Source: Octopus vulgaris (Eukaryota). From it: 64,000 bases of DNA. Of the stretch, positions 1-64,000 are shown one piece after another. Numbering within the stretch: position 1 is the stretch's first letter; every line of letters begins with the position of its first letter. Location: contig OX597842.1 in assembly GCA_951406725.2 (NCBI GenBank), forward strand, positions 14,632,001 to 14,696,000, read 5' to 3'. The position numbers and the translations under genes were made by a program. A model generated the notes under the pieces. That model was given only the letters and a program-made list of their open reading frames with translations. It made no database searches and had not been told where the DNA came from.

Positions 1-143
1 CAGTTGACAATAAATAGCAATGTTTTGGTTTTAATTTTAATGTGGCACCATGAATATTTCTGAGTATTGTGTTTTGTCATTGCAACGTCAGTGTTCAAAC
101 AACATGAAGGTTGGTTTGATATAGTTTCATCCATGTTCGGAAA

Positions 144-1058
144 TACGAGGTGTATTCAAAAGGCGTCCAATATTTGGCTACAAAAGTATCCAACCTTTGT
201 CCATTTCATAAATTTTATTTAATCTTCTTCAAAATACTCCTCTTGGGATTTCACTCATAAGTTTTGTCATTGTTTCTATCATTTCTGGAACACCTTCTTG
301 AGAGTGTTATGCAGCTCTGCTGTCCTCTCTCCACTCGGATCGCTTCTCTTTCAGCGTCGTTTTTACTTTTGGAAAGAGTCAGAAGTCACATGGCGCCATG
401 TGGGGAGATTTGGGAGCCTATCGAAAAAGGGGTCTGTTACTATTGATCATGAAAGCTTGGATTACGAAGTGCATTCAAAATGTATCTGAATTTATTTTTT
501 CGTTGATATTCTCTGCATGCACAAATCCTCCGTTAAAATATAATACACTGATCCTCTGCTTATTTCAACTTCGTGAATAATTCCCTGGATTGTTACATTA
601 CGATCTTCGATGACTAATTACCGAAGCTTCTCAATCAGCTCCTCGTTTCGCCTTCTTTATGGCCTGCCTCAGCGTGCTTCGCTCGCCTCTGAGGTTCGGC
701 CATGTTTGAAGCAGTTGTACCACTCTTTGTTCTACCTTTTGCCCATGGCATCATTAATAAGAGCCTGCCGAATCTTCTCGTTGGTGTCAGGTTGAGTAAC
801 ACTCAGCCTTCTTCGAAACTAAATGCAATATCTCTGCTCGATGTACTCGTAACACTCGGAGAGTGGTGCAGCCTACCGGCGTGGTACACGGTTGCGTCAT
901 ACCGGCGTAGTATACCAAGGCGTCAGGCTGGCGCGGCATATTAGCGAGGAAAGTTTCACGCATATGCAGGAAGGATGGCGTCACATCCCAGCTAAAGTAT
1001 TTTGCCCACGCAGCATAAGTTTTGGCGAAAAAATCATACATTTTGGATGCATTTCGTA
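144..1058 (-). mobile_element. Internally deleted mariner element
   Basis: Imperfect TIRs (tacgaggtgtattcaaaa / ttttggatgcatttcgta) with TA ends; minus-strand remnant KEWYNCFKHGRTS...*GRP of the mariner HTH region. Confidence 0.75.
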
Positions 1059-1386
1059 CAGAAAATAAATTGAAGCTGGTTCAGAAGTATACATATACAA
1101 ATATACACACACACACAAACATTAGACATTTAGGAGATTCGAAATCTGGAGAATAGCTGTGAAACGGTTAGAAGGTTGAGTGAAGATACCCTTTTAAGAC
1201 GAGGTAAAGGAGCACAGTAAGCAGACTCAAACTCTGCACAATTCAAATTCTACATGAGCAGTCAGTACTATTGAGCTAAATGATCACTGACACTAAACGG
1301 TGCCTTTCACAGAGTTAAATTATAACGTTTGGAATTTGGAAGCATTTTTCATAAACAAACATCAAAGTTTTGAGTGTGTTCGATTC

Positions 1387-1520
<134 letters not shown>

Positions 1521-1846
1521 CATGGCCAGTGGTTAGAGCGTCGAGCTTACGATCATGAGGTTGTGAGCTCGAATCCCGGTCCGGGCTGCGTGTTGTGTTC
1601 TTGAGCAAAGCACTTTATTTTTCACGTTGCTCCAGTTCACTCAGCTGTAGAAATGAGTTGCGACGATACTGCCAAGCTGTATCGACCTTTGTCTTTCCCT
1701 AGGATAACACTGGTGGCGTGGAGAGGGGAGGCAGGTACGCATGGGCGACTGCTGGTCTTCCATAAACAACCTTGCCCGGACTTGTGTCTAGGAGGGTAAC
1801 TTTCTAGGTGCAATCCCATGGTCATTCATGACCGAAGGGGGTCTTT
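1521..1846 (+). mobile_element. tRNA-derived SINE
   Basis: Pol III A-box-like tggccagtggtt and B-box-like gctcgaatcc; flanked by (TA)n; diverged second copy at ~28400-28700. Confidence 0.8.
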
Positions 1847-1857
1847 ATATATATATG

Positions 1858-1892
<35 letters not shown>

Positions 1893-1927
1893 GTGTATAT
1901 ATGTATGTATATATGTATATATGTATG

Positions 1928-1992
<65 letters not shown>

Positions 1993-2029
1993 TGTGTGTG
2001 TGTGTGTGTGTGTGTGTATTGATGTATAT

Positions 2030-2650
2030 AAATATATCTCTTATGATAAAAGGCAGATTTTCTCTGTCTCCCAAACCGTTGGTTTTTTTATACAATTCTA
2101 CAATATAGAATTTCTTCAATTGGAATTTATCTATCATTTTTACAAGTAGATTCCATCGGGTCGTGGCATATAAATTTTTTTTCAATTTCACCCCCAATGA
2201 AGCAAAAATTCGAGAAAACTCAATATTTTACGATTTCCCTTTTTCATTTCAAGTGCTTCACTCCTACCATTACCACCACACTTTCTGCTACTTTCTCTTT
2301 GCAAGTGTGCAACAATTAAAGTGAAAGTATTTATATAACAGGGATGAACTGCTTCACTCATGCTATCACCCTAATTTCTCCTACTTTCTCTTTGCAAGTG
2401 TACCTTAAACCATTACTCAAAAAAAATTCACAGCAAACAGAAACAAATAAATACATAACGATTTACCCCTCACACAATTTCTTCAATTAGAGTTTACCTA
2501 TGATTTTTCCAAGTACTTTCCATTCGGTCATGGCATACACATTTCTTTCAATTTGACCCCCAATTAAGCAAAATTTCGAGAAAAATCAATATTTTACGAT
2601 TTCCCTCTTTCACTTCAAAGGCTTTACTCTGCCTATTACTCCCACTTCCT
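2030..2650 (+). repeat. Helitron-like non-autonomous element with internal ~190-bp direct duplication (~2095-2285 and ~2475-2650)
   Basis: Repeated blocks such as caatttcttcaatt, aagcaaaa(a/t)ttcgagaaaa and caatattttacgatttccct; 5' tc...taaaaggcag start shared with ~32450. Confidence 0.45.
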
Positions 2651-2747
2651 CTTTACACACATAGACACGCAAACATATACATATATGACAGTGTCAATTG
2701 TTGAAAGAAAATTGTAAGCTTACGTGTGTGTGTGTGCGTGTGTGTGT

Positions 2748-2789
<42 letters not shown>

Positions 2790-3559
2790 TAGGGATGAGC
2801 CATTCATACTGGTTATCCTTTTTGCTAGATCCGGTATGGTCTTATATGCTACACCACTGGTTATCAATTCATATTAATCAAATTAATATTCAATTTTTCA
2901 CCCTTATTATGTGTGTGTGTATTAGCAATTCGTAAACAATTACATCAATGACTTGAACTTGAATAAGTGGTTTCACATAAATGGGGATAAATTAAAAAGG
3001 TTTGTTGTTATTATTACTGTTTGACTATTGTAATCACGTTTGTTGGTTCCTCGCCAAGGAAACGTTGTTATGTTGCATTTGTTAAATAATTGTAAACCGT
3101 ACCCCTCCCCCTTTCGGAGAAGGGGCTTTGGTTATTGTTTCTAAATTGATTTGTGTCCCTGTTTGGGGAAATTGACAATATTTTCACCGTCTTTACGGAA
3201 ACATTTTTGTTAAAATACCTTCCATAGAAGAAAGTCGAAAAATGAATTTCGCTGCAGCCGTACACTTCTATACAAGATCCAATTGATCGAAATTGCAAGA
3301 GACGGGCCTACAATTCCAGTCTGTTATATATTTTGAGTATTGTTATCACTAGCGATATCAAGATATAACTTTGTATTTTGTATTTTATGTGTAGATGTAT
3401 ATATATATATATATATATATATAGATGTACATGTAATATGTACACATATATATATATACACATATATACATGCATAATATATCCACCCATACACACACAC
3501 GCACACACACACATACATAGGGGCAGGTGTGGCTGTGTGGTAACAAACTACGTTCGAAG

Positions 3560-4855
3560 ATACTGTACTTGATATGGGCGGTAGTGCCTTGCCGGTCTAT
3601 GGCCTACCTTCAACAAACCGGGAAGGCACAAACACTCTGTCTTCACATTTGCTGTGTGAGACATGTTTTAATGTTGATGAGCTTGCCGAGTTCATAGCCG
3701 ACAATGAGCCAAAGCTCCTTCCAGAACACAAGTTCGCTTACAACTCCGTTGTTAATTCAGTCCGGGCCAAAACTGGGAGGATGTTTTTCCTGGACGCTCC
3801 TGGGGCACTGGGAAAACTTTTGTCAACAAATTAATATTGGCTGAGATTAGGCAAACACAAGGCATTGCCCTAGCTGTGGAATCATCTGGAATTGCGGCTA
3901 ATTTGTTGCCAGGCGGCAGGACAGCTCGCTCCACTTTCAAGCTTCCGCTTGACTGAGACACCAACTTGCAACATCGGTAACAGCTCCGATCAGGCAGAAA
4001 TCTTCAGACGATGCAAGCTTATCGTTTGGGATGAATGCACGATGGCCCACATACATGCTCTTGAGGCACTAGATAGATCTCTCACAGACATCAAACACTC
4101 TTCACCTTCCATGGGAGGCATAACACTTCTTCTCTCAGGGGACTTCCGACAAACACTTCCCGTCATTCCCAAAGGGACTACAACTGATGCAGTAAGTGCG
4201 TGTCTTAAGTCATCCACATTGTGGCCACTGGTGAAGACTCACAAACTTCACACCAATATGTGTGCTCATATGCGACGTAATATCACATCAGCAGCATTTC
4301 CTCACACCCTCCTTGCACTTGGCGAAGGCAAAATACCAGGAGATGAAAATGGTAATATTGCCATCGATTCCATTTGTACTATTGTTAAAACGCCTTCTGA
4401 TCTCAGAGATGCAGTGTTCCCAGATCTACAAGCTAATTATCAGAATATGGATTGGATTGGCCAAAGGGCTATTCTGGCCTCGAGGAATAAAACTGTTCAC
4501 CATATTAATGATGAAATGCTAAAACTCATTCCTGGGAAGTCTATGTATATCAGTCTATCGATACAACTCCTGACCCAGAGGACGTCATCAACTATCCAAT
4601 AGAGGTACTCAATTCTTTTGAGCACCCCGGACTACCACCACACTTTCTCAAACTTAAAGTTGGTGCCCCTATAATGGTCATCAGAAATTTGGTTCCCCCA
4701 AAACAATGCAATGGTACACGTTTGATCGTTAAGTCCTTATCTCCCACCGTAAACTTATATCAATATTTGCCTGAATAATCATCATAATTCAGTGGAATCA
4801 TTAACAGTACTTTCAAGCAATTCAGCCCCGAGCATCGCCGGGCAATTCTGTTTGT
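3560..4855 (+). mobile_element. Helitron 3' fragment: PIF1-family helicase pseudogene plus terminal hairpin
   Basis: Frameshifted Walker A FLDAPG(G)[35 protein letters not shown]...CNGTRL; subterminal GC hairpin ccccgagcatcgccggg near 4826-4842. Confidence 0.9.
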
Positions 4856-4913
4856 ATATATATGTATATATATACATGCATATAAATATATTGTATATAT
4901 ATGTATATATATA

Positions 4914-4974
<61 letters not shown>

Positions 4975-5768
4975 GTATACATATATGTATATATATACAT
5001 GCATAGATATATATGTATACATATATGTATATATATATACATACACACACATATATATATATATATAAATAACAATTCATAGGTTGCTGGCTAGGTGGGT
5101 GGATGTTTGTCCACTAGCTTGTTAGTCGCTTGCTTGCTGTCTGGCTGTCTGGCTTGCTGGTTGGTAACTATAGTGAAAGAGAATTACCTAAAGCTCCACG
5201 CTCTGGAAACAAATTCAAAATAACAGTTACAAAATCCTTAACCACACAGCCTTACTTGCGTCCACATATATTTTGTTTGGAATATTAAAACCTTAAATAG
5301 ACGAAGCGAATGGTAGGTTGAGTTTTATGTCTACAGAACTGAGTTGGTGTCCCACGATAAACGTTAGAATTTTTTGTATCGAAAATCGTTTTTAACCCAA
5401 TGTTCCAAATTTGAAGTAGGAAATGATCCAGAAAGAAATATTCAGTCAATTCCCTCATCTAAGACATTTCCTACTTCAAACTTGGAATTTTCCATTCGTT
5501 GAATTGTCCTACCACAGTTCCTTCGAATATCGTCAAGAGCAAAGCCGATGTATGGAGACAACACCATCATGCTAATCCAGTCCTGCCCGCAGCATCGATA
5601 ATTTATTTCTTCTTTACAAAACCAAGTAACCGTTGCGTATTTCTTCCTCCAGTTTCCAGAGAGGTTATGCGTCTTCAGCCATTTGACACTGACGAGGTGA
5701 CATTGCTGCTAATCGCTTTGTAGGTGCGAAATTAATGGTGCTTCTCTTTCGTATACATGTACTACAGA

Positions 5769-7961
<2,193 letters not shown>

Positions 7962-9548
7962 ATATATATTCATAAATTAAATTAGAGATAAAACTACTAT
8001 TAGGCAAATAAAAAAATGAAAAACATAAACCAAAACATAAAAATCAAAATGATTAATATAATATATAAAATATAAAATTTAAAAATTTAAAATTATTTAA
8101 ATTTAAAATTAAAATTATTAATTAATTAATTTATTTTTTATTTATATATTTATTTTTTATATATTTTTATTATTTTTTTTTCATTTTTATTTATTTTTTT
8201 AAATATTAAATATATATATTTATATATATACGTACATACATTCATACATACACACAATAAAAATACGCCAAACGGAAAATTCGCAGCTAATTTCTCATAA
8301 GTGATCATCTAAGACATCATAAAAATGCTGTGCCTTTAACTATTATATTGTACACTTTTGATGGAGCCAACGGCGAGGGGGAAAAGGAAATGGATGAGAG
8401 AGATGCGAATGATCACCGGTTACGTGGTAGTGGGAGGAGAGAAAGAGAATGGTGGAATGTAGAAGGACAAGAAGCAAACAGAGGAAAATGTTAGTAGTGG
8501 AAGGAGAAATCGACAGAGGAAAGGCGAGAAAAGAGAGACAAAGCAAACAGAAGAAAAAGAAATAGATGCCAGAATTAAAAAGTTATATATAAGGTTAGAG
8601 AGTAAAACAAAGTAAAACGTTACATATAACGTTAGAATGTTCAACCTGTCCATCACAAACGTAATTTTGCTTACGTATAACCAACGTCCTCACAGTCGTA
8701 TTCTGATGAGACGTTTTCTGTGTATACACATTTAACTGGCTTCACATTTTTTGATTTTCAAAAGTGTAATTTATGAGAAACGTGGAGCTGTGTCGCGAAA
8801 TATTCCTAGAAATCGTTTACTTTTATAGAAAGAATGCGTCTCAAATCACAATCAGTCAAGTACAGATTGATTGGTTGAATATGGTCAAGTGGTATGGTAA
8901 GGGGATCTTTGAGCTGGTATCTGTTGCGGCCGTCTATTACAATCTTGTGATAGTCACGCGTAAAAGTTACGTGAATGATTTAGTCCTGTAGATTTGTCAT
9001 GTGACAGAACAATAAGTGGATGGGTTGTTTTAGTCTGCTATTTGTGTCAAGCAGCTCTGTGTGAGTAGGCAGCTATAATCTTATTTATCTAAGTTGTGGT
9101 GACGGCTCGATGCAACTTTAGTGAAGGATTCATTCCTTCGTACCATATTCCAAGTGCCGAAAAATATAACTTACTCTTAAACTGTTTAGAGTTTATAACA
9201 AATTTGAATCATTTGTAAAAATCACTGTAAAACATGAATTACTTACGCGCGTGAAATTCAGATCAAATGTTTACTTAGAAGATATGTCATATGGCAGTTA
9301 ATAGCTTTGAAAGATAAAAGCCACTTCTGAATCTAGGTCTGTTTATCCTTTTGGTTGTGTCCAGTAGCTGTGTGAGCAGCTGTTATCTTATTTCACTAAT
9401 GCATGTTGATATTGTTTGTTTTACACATAGAGTTTTAGTGAATGATTTAGTGTCTCTCACCAAATGCGATGAAACGGGTGAGAAAGTAAAGTTACTTTTA
9501 AATTAGGTTAAAAATTTGCCGAAAAATATCAGGGGAATAGTATATAAT

Positions 9549-10014
9549 TACACCCTGCCCTCGACTTACGACATACGGTAAGTCAATCTGGTCGTATGTC
9601 GGATTTATTTGTCAACACTATTTTCATTGCAACGGATTATAAAGCTATAAAACACAAATATTTCATCCATATTTATTGTGCATAAAGTGAAAAAGGCATT
9701 TGTACTCTATTGTACTTTAAAGAAAAATACAATCTAAAATTAATGTAAAAATTAATACAAAGGAAATTCCGCATATATACAATGGCAAAAAAACTTGTTT
9801 CTGTGAAAAAAGTTTAACTGACAAGAAATTTTCATTCTTCACAGTTTTGTTCTTGGATTGAGGTAGACGGTGTTTCGAGGAACATGTTGAGCTTTGAATA
9901 GTTCTTTTCTTTTTTCGTCATATATCTTACGATAACAACGAACAACGTCTTGAATGATGCATTTACTTTTTGTAGTCGTAAGTACGGATGGTTTTACGTC
10001 GAGGTGAGGGTGTA
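9549..10014. mobile_element. pogo/Tigger-like MITE
   Basis: Imperfect TIRs tacaccctgccctcgac / gtcgaggtgagggtgta with TA ends; AT-rich non-coding interior. Confidence 0.6.
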
Positions 10015-10074
10015 CTTAGTTCTTAATGTTTTACGATATCTATTAAACATTCTAGTATTTATAGATTGCATAAA

Positions 10075-10400
10075 AATATAGTATGCCATCAACATTTTGT
10101 ATATCATCTATAGTAAATAAATCATCAAGCATGTCATCTACGTCTGTATATCGTCTGTCATCTGCAACTTGTATATTTTCCATATCTAGTATATCACTTA
10201 TATCCACATGTCATCTATACTATGTATGTCATTTATATACAGTATGCCATTTATAACCAGTATGTCGTCGATATCCAACATGCCATCTATATCATCTATA
10301 TCAGCTATATGCTGTATTTTATCTATATCGCATGCCATCTATATTTCGTATATCCTCTATATCCTCTACACCTCAAAACTTTCTATTATGTCCGCTGTCT
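10075..10400. repeat. Degenerate ~9-bp cryptic minisatellite (tatcatcta-like)
   Basis: Recurrent (t/g)tcatcta(t) units; produces the periodic ORF MSSI..MSFI..MPSI. Confidence 0.55.
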
Positions 10401-11200
10401 ACTGATTATGTTTTATTATATTACGCATGTCTTAAAAGTTTCAATTGTCTATCATCAAAGAAGATACACTCTCTGCATTCTACGTAGATTTAATTAATTC
10501 CCTGATAACTGAGAAATTGATATTCCTTCAAAATAATAACATGAATTCTTATTTTTGAGCAAGTTTTAATACTTTCTATCAAAGTAACATTTGTATACTT
10601 ATCGCCGTATTTAAATAAGAAGAAAAACTAAAACCAAAAAATAAGATATATATGATTACCTTATGTTTCACTCCTGGTGAAATAAATTTTCTTAGCGTCA
10701 ACGATTTTTAAAAAAATTGTGATTTACGCAGTTCTTCTCTCTATTACACAGGATGGTGAGTTAAGTTTACTTTAATGCCTTCCTGTTATAGGTTCAGATC
10801 TCCCCTGATTCATCTTCATTCAAGGCTTTAGCGACAGAAAATTTCGTCCAAAATGTTTTACTCAATACCTGAGGCACCGAATTTCCCCCATCTAATTTCT
10901 GGCACCAAACCATCATTTAAAGGGATCGGTTTACGTGGTTCTAAATATTATCCTTGTTTAAATTAACTTTTATTATTCAAGACATAAGCTATAAGAGAGT
11001 AGGAAATTAACATATTTTCGGTTTCCACCAGAAACCACATCAATTTATTGCTGTTATCAACATCTTCTGGAACGAAACATGAATGTCGTTATTTTTATAT
11101 TCTTGCTGGAATTATTTTATCCTTCTTTCTTGTCAAATACAACAGCGGCTTCTCTTTACCTCTCAAGTATTTTCACTTAGGGCTTTGTTTATAATTTCAG

Positions 11201-60710
<49,510 letters not shown>

Positions 60711-60975
60711 AAAACAAATGGTTTTGAAAACCTCATTTTTCTCTATACATATTTCAATACAAAAGAACTTTATTTTTATCTATCAATACAACACTATGAA
60801 ACTGAGAGACTGTATAAAGCACAATGTGATTTAAACACGGTTTAGTACCTTTTCCTTTTTCTTTTACACGCAAAATCTAAAATCATATGGTTTGATTTGT
60901 AATTCTATAGATGTTTTCTAGCTGCCAATTTCACTTTTAATTTTCAGTATAATCTTCAGTTTTTCTTAATGAAGT

Positions 60976-60981
60976 AATAAA
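60976..60981 (+). promoter_or_regulatory. Candidate polyadenylation signal AATAAA
   Basis: Canonical hexamer ~270 nt after the stop, followed by a TG/T-rich tract. The AT-rich context weakens the call. Confidence 0.35.
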
Positions 60982-62047
60982 TGTGTTTTCTTTGTACAAA
61001 CTATTTTACTTTTAGTTGAAGCATCGCAATATTGCAATCTTAGTTCAAATCGTGTCTGAGAAAGGGAGAGGGAGAGAGAGAGAGAGAGAGACATTGATTA
61101 TTTCTTCAGTTACTAATTACTCCTCTAAAAATGTGCATCATGGTTATTAGCTGATTAGATTTATAATCCGTTATCTAATTATTATTATTATCAGGTCTCT
61201 CACTTGTCATTGTCTTACTTAATCTGATAATAAACATTTCACAAACCACTGCGTTTTTACAACCAGAGAAATGTATGTATTTCTGCCTCTTAACTTGTAT
61301 TCTCTTTAAACATTAACACAAACATTTGTATTCGCATCCCGGACTGACTACATTGAATCAATCAGGAGTTTGGTACCAAATAATTTCAAAAACTTACATA
61401 ACATCTAATTACCATTGAAAATTCGTTGAGAGAAATAAACAAAAGTTTATAATAAATTGGTTATGTTTACACATCCTGTTGCTTATAATTATATCCGTAC
61501 AAGTTTGGGTTAGAATTTCCCCATATAACATGATAGGGCAATAATTGAAAATTCAACCAACTTTACCTTATTTTCAGTTCATTAAGAATATTCGCAAAGA
61601 TGGATGAGATGGGAACTCAGAAATCTGTGACTTGAAAGTGATATGAAATATATGACATACATATCCAGCCCATACCAGTGTGGAGAATTAACATAAAACA
61701 CTTTGATGATACTAATAATGATGACACGCAACTTAACATTCACCTCAAATACAAAAAACATAAATGGATCATGATTATAAAAGAAAGAAATAAAATTATA
61801 TAAATTAAGAAAACTTGGTGGAAATTCCATAGGTTTCGCAACTGAACATAACTTATAAACATCTTTTTCAATTCAAACTCTTTCTTCCCAAATATAACTT
61901 ACTTAGCATAATATATCCAGTAATTCAAAAAAAGGCTCAATATAAATTTTTGATTTGATGAATAAGTATTGTTTAAGTTAAAATACACAAAGAAAAATAA
62001 TTAATGAAAAAACTTATTCAGACTTCACAGGGCTAAACTATCATTTA

Positions 62048-62228
62048 TTACATCCGCCTTAGCGAAGGCGGAGATATTGTTTTCAGATGTAGTTGTTTGT
62101 CCGTGAACAAGATATCACAAGAACCATGGGATGGATTCGACGAAAGGTTCAGGTATGTTTGTCCTGACAAGCACTAACTGATTAGATCTTGGAAGTTACC
62201 CGGTACCGGACAAGAATTCTGGATTATT
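62048..62228 (+). mobile_element. Short Helentron-associated (HINE/DINE-like) element
   Basis: 5' hairpin tccgcctt-agcg-aaggcgga followed by tattgttttc, gtttgt repeats and 3' ccggtaccgg. Confidence 0.45.
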
Positions 62229-62539
62229 CGTTACATTTACTTTACATAATTACGATCTTAAGTCAACATTCAAGTGTTTCCTAATTATCTCCCTTTAGGC
62301 TGTAACTATTTTCAGTGGTGAATTTGGTAACTTAGGCTTGGATTAGTTAAGCACCTTTACTGATATAAATGTCAATATGGTTCTTTAAAATACAATGTTA
62401 AACGGTTGTTGCAACATCCAGTTAAATCGTCTTTGCTGTGTGGAATCCTTTATTCTTATATAAGATATTTCTATCATCAAATGATTTTTGACACTGAAAC
62501 AGTAACTCTTTTGTACAATTAGATCCACGTATAGTTGTC

Positions 62540-63090
62540 TTTTTTTAATGATATGTCACAATATCAGTAAGATGCCTCAGTAATATGCTTTCTCTTCTGA
62601 ATGAAAAGAACCATTTTTGAGAGAATAATTTTCCACAGATATAACAGTGATATGTTGTTTTTTTTGTCCAGTATGAATATGTTTGTGTAAAGTAACTTTA
62701 CTACTCGTTGGGAACGATTTCCCATAAACATCGAATTGGAATGGTCTCTCTCTTGAATCAATTCCTTTTGAATAGTTAAAATAGTCATTTGTTAGAATGA
62801 TTTACCACAGATGTCATAGAGATGTTGGTTTCTTTCAGCTGTATGAGTGCATTTGTGTTTAGTCAGGCCACAATTTCTAGAGAAAGATTTCCCAGAGACA
62901 CTACGATGGTATGGTTCGCTCTCCGATGAATGAATTTATTCTTAGTTAAATGGCTTCTTACAGAGAAAGGTTTACCACAAACTGAACGCTAATATCGTTT
63001 CTCGTCTGCAAACGGATTTACCACAGACATTAAAATGATAAGGCTTTTCTCTCGTATGAATCTATGTGTATTTACTTAGTGCCCTGAGTT
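62540..63090 (-). pseudogene. Decayed C2H2 zinc-finger array (~6 fingers)
   Basis: Minus-strand HTREKPYHFNVCGKS, DICGKSF and HTGQK..ICGK; tttaccaca-like (CGK) motifs recur at roughly finger-length spacing; frameshifts and stops. Confidence 0.75.
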
Positions 63091-64000
63091 TTAAACTGGT
63101 ATGAGTCCTTAGGTAAACTTAGCAACGACGAGAAAGTTTTAGTAAGTTCGAATGAAGATATATAATAAATCTCTGAGCGAGGTATAAACAGTAGCTGCAC
63201 GTCATCGTGAAGTATATTTGTCACTTAAATATGGCTAACCCTTAACGATGGTTTCCCTTTGAAGATATAGATAGGGCACAGAATGTGCGTCAATAGCCAG
63301 CTGGAGGAGGTGTCCTTCTGGGGCTACAAGCTACAGTAGCATCCACCCTTATTTTGCTTCTCGCCATTCGTTTCAGAATAGTCAGAATTGGTTCCCGTTC
63401 TGAATTTCTATTTGAAAGATTAGCTCTAATATGATTCTATTAAATATTCCACTGAAATTTCATAAAATCCAGGTTAACGTGGTAAAATGGATAAATAAGA
63501 AGACACAATAGAGTTAATGATGTCTTTTAGGACAGAGAATTAAAATATTTTGTTGTTTATTTGTAAACAGGTGAGTTAACGAGAAAGTGTTTATTTCTTT
63601 TACTACTAAGTTCTTTCCTAAGTTTTCTGATAGGATATTGTTGTTGTTGTTGTTGTTTTTGTTGTTATGTAGCCAGAGGTCTATCATGATATGATGTTTA
63701 GGTACGTACCCTGAATGTCTCAGGTCAAAATAACATTGTTATAAATTAAAAGAATTAAAAATCAAATCTCTAAGGGTATAAGTATAATGATCATTAACGT
63801 TGATCGTTATACACCTGATCCAGCAATTTGCTACCTTTGCAGTTACTTCTATCTAAAGCATCACCTTTACCTTTGTAGCAGTTGACTATGCTGCTGCTTC
63901 ACCACTCATTGCGTGTGACTCCTTCGTGTACCACCTGATTTACAATACGGGTAACTAGACTATAACCCACACCACCAGATATTTTAAGTATTTCATCAGT

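Noticed and set aside
1521-1600. tRNA-like sequence
   Set aside because: It is a SINE head with no complete cloverleaf and continues into the SINE body.
7975-8220. A-rich to T-rich quasi-palindrome centred near 8100
   Set aside because: Almost pure AT low complexity; the symmetry is not distinguishable from chance or a decayed repeat tail.
8970-9455. Weak ~300-bp-spaced similarity (agct.tgtgag..cagct..atcttattt; ttagtgaa.gatt)
   Set aside because: Too degenerate to define; likely an old local duplication.
10752-10755. Possible 4-nt micro-exon (acag|GATG|gtgagt)
   Set aside because: Splice-like context only; unverifiable without transcripts, and an ATG start here would not match the phase of exon 1.

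Overview
Eukaryotic, AT-rich, microsatellite- and transposon-dense DNA. The SINE families, decayed C2H2 zinc-finger array and Penelope elements suggest a coleoid cephalopod, probably Octopus (inference). The ORF track is mostly noise from (TA)n/(TG)n tracts. By manual splice-phase walking I reconstruct one + strand, 19-exon adhesion GPCR gene (11201-60710, ~920 aa, 5' exons not found). Its architecture is unusual: LRR C-terminal cap, 12-Cys Ly6/uPAR (three-finger) domain, SEA-like, HormR, GAIN/GPS, 7TM. All junctions are phase-consistent except exon 3/4, which implies a 1-nt frameshift or alternative splicing. The introns and flanks hold mariner/Tc1/maT transposons, MITEs, Helitron fragments, R4/Dong-, Hero- and CR1-like LINEs, tRNA-derived SINEs and Penelope-like remnants. 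At least nine hammerhead-ribozyme-like motifs from several repeat families occur. These include a ~400-bp near-perfect palindrome with one hammerhead per arm and two copies with a covarying U3-A8 core. Coordinates were read by eye; TE boundaries are approximate.
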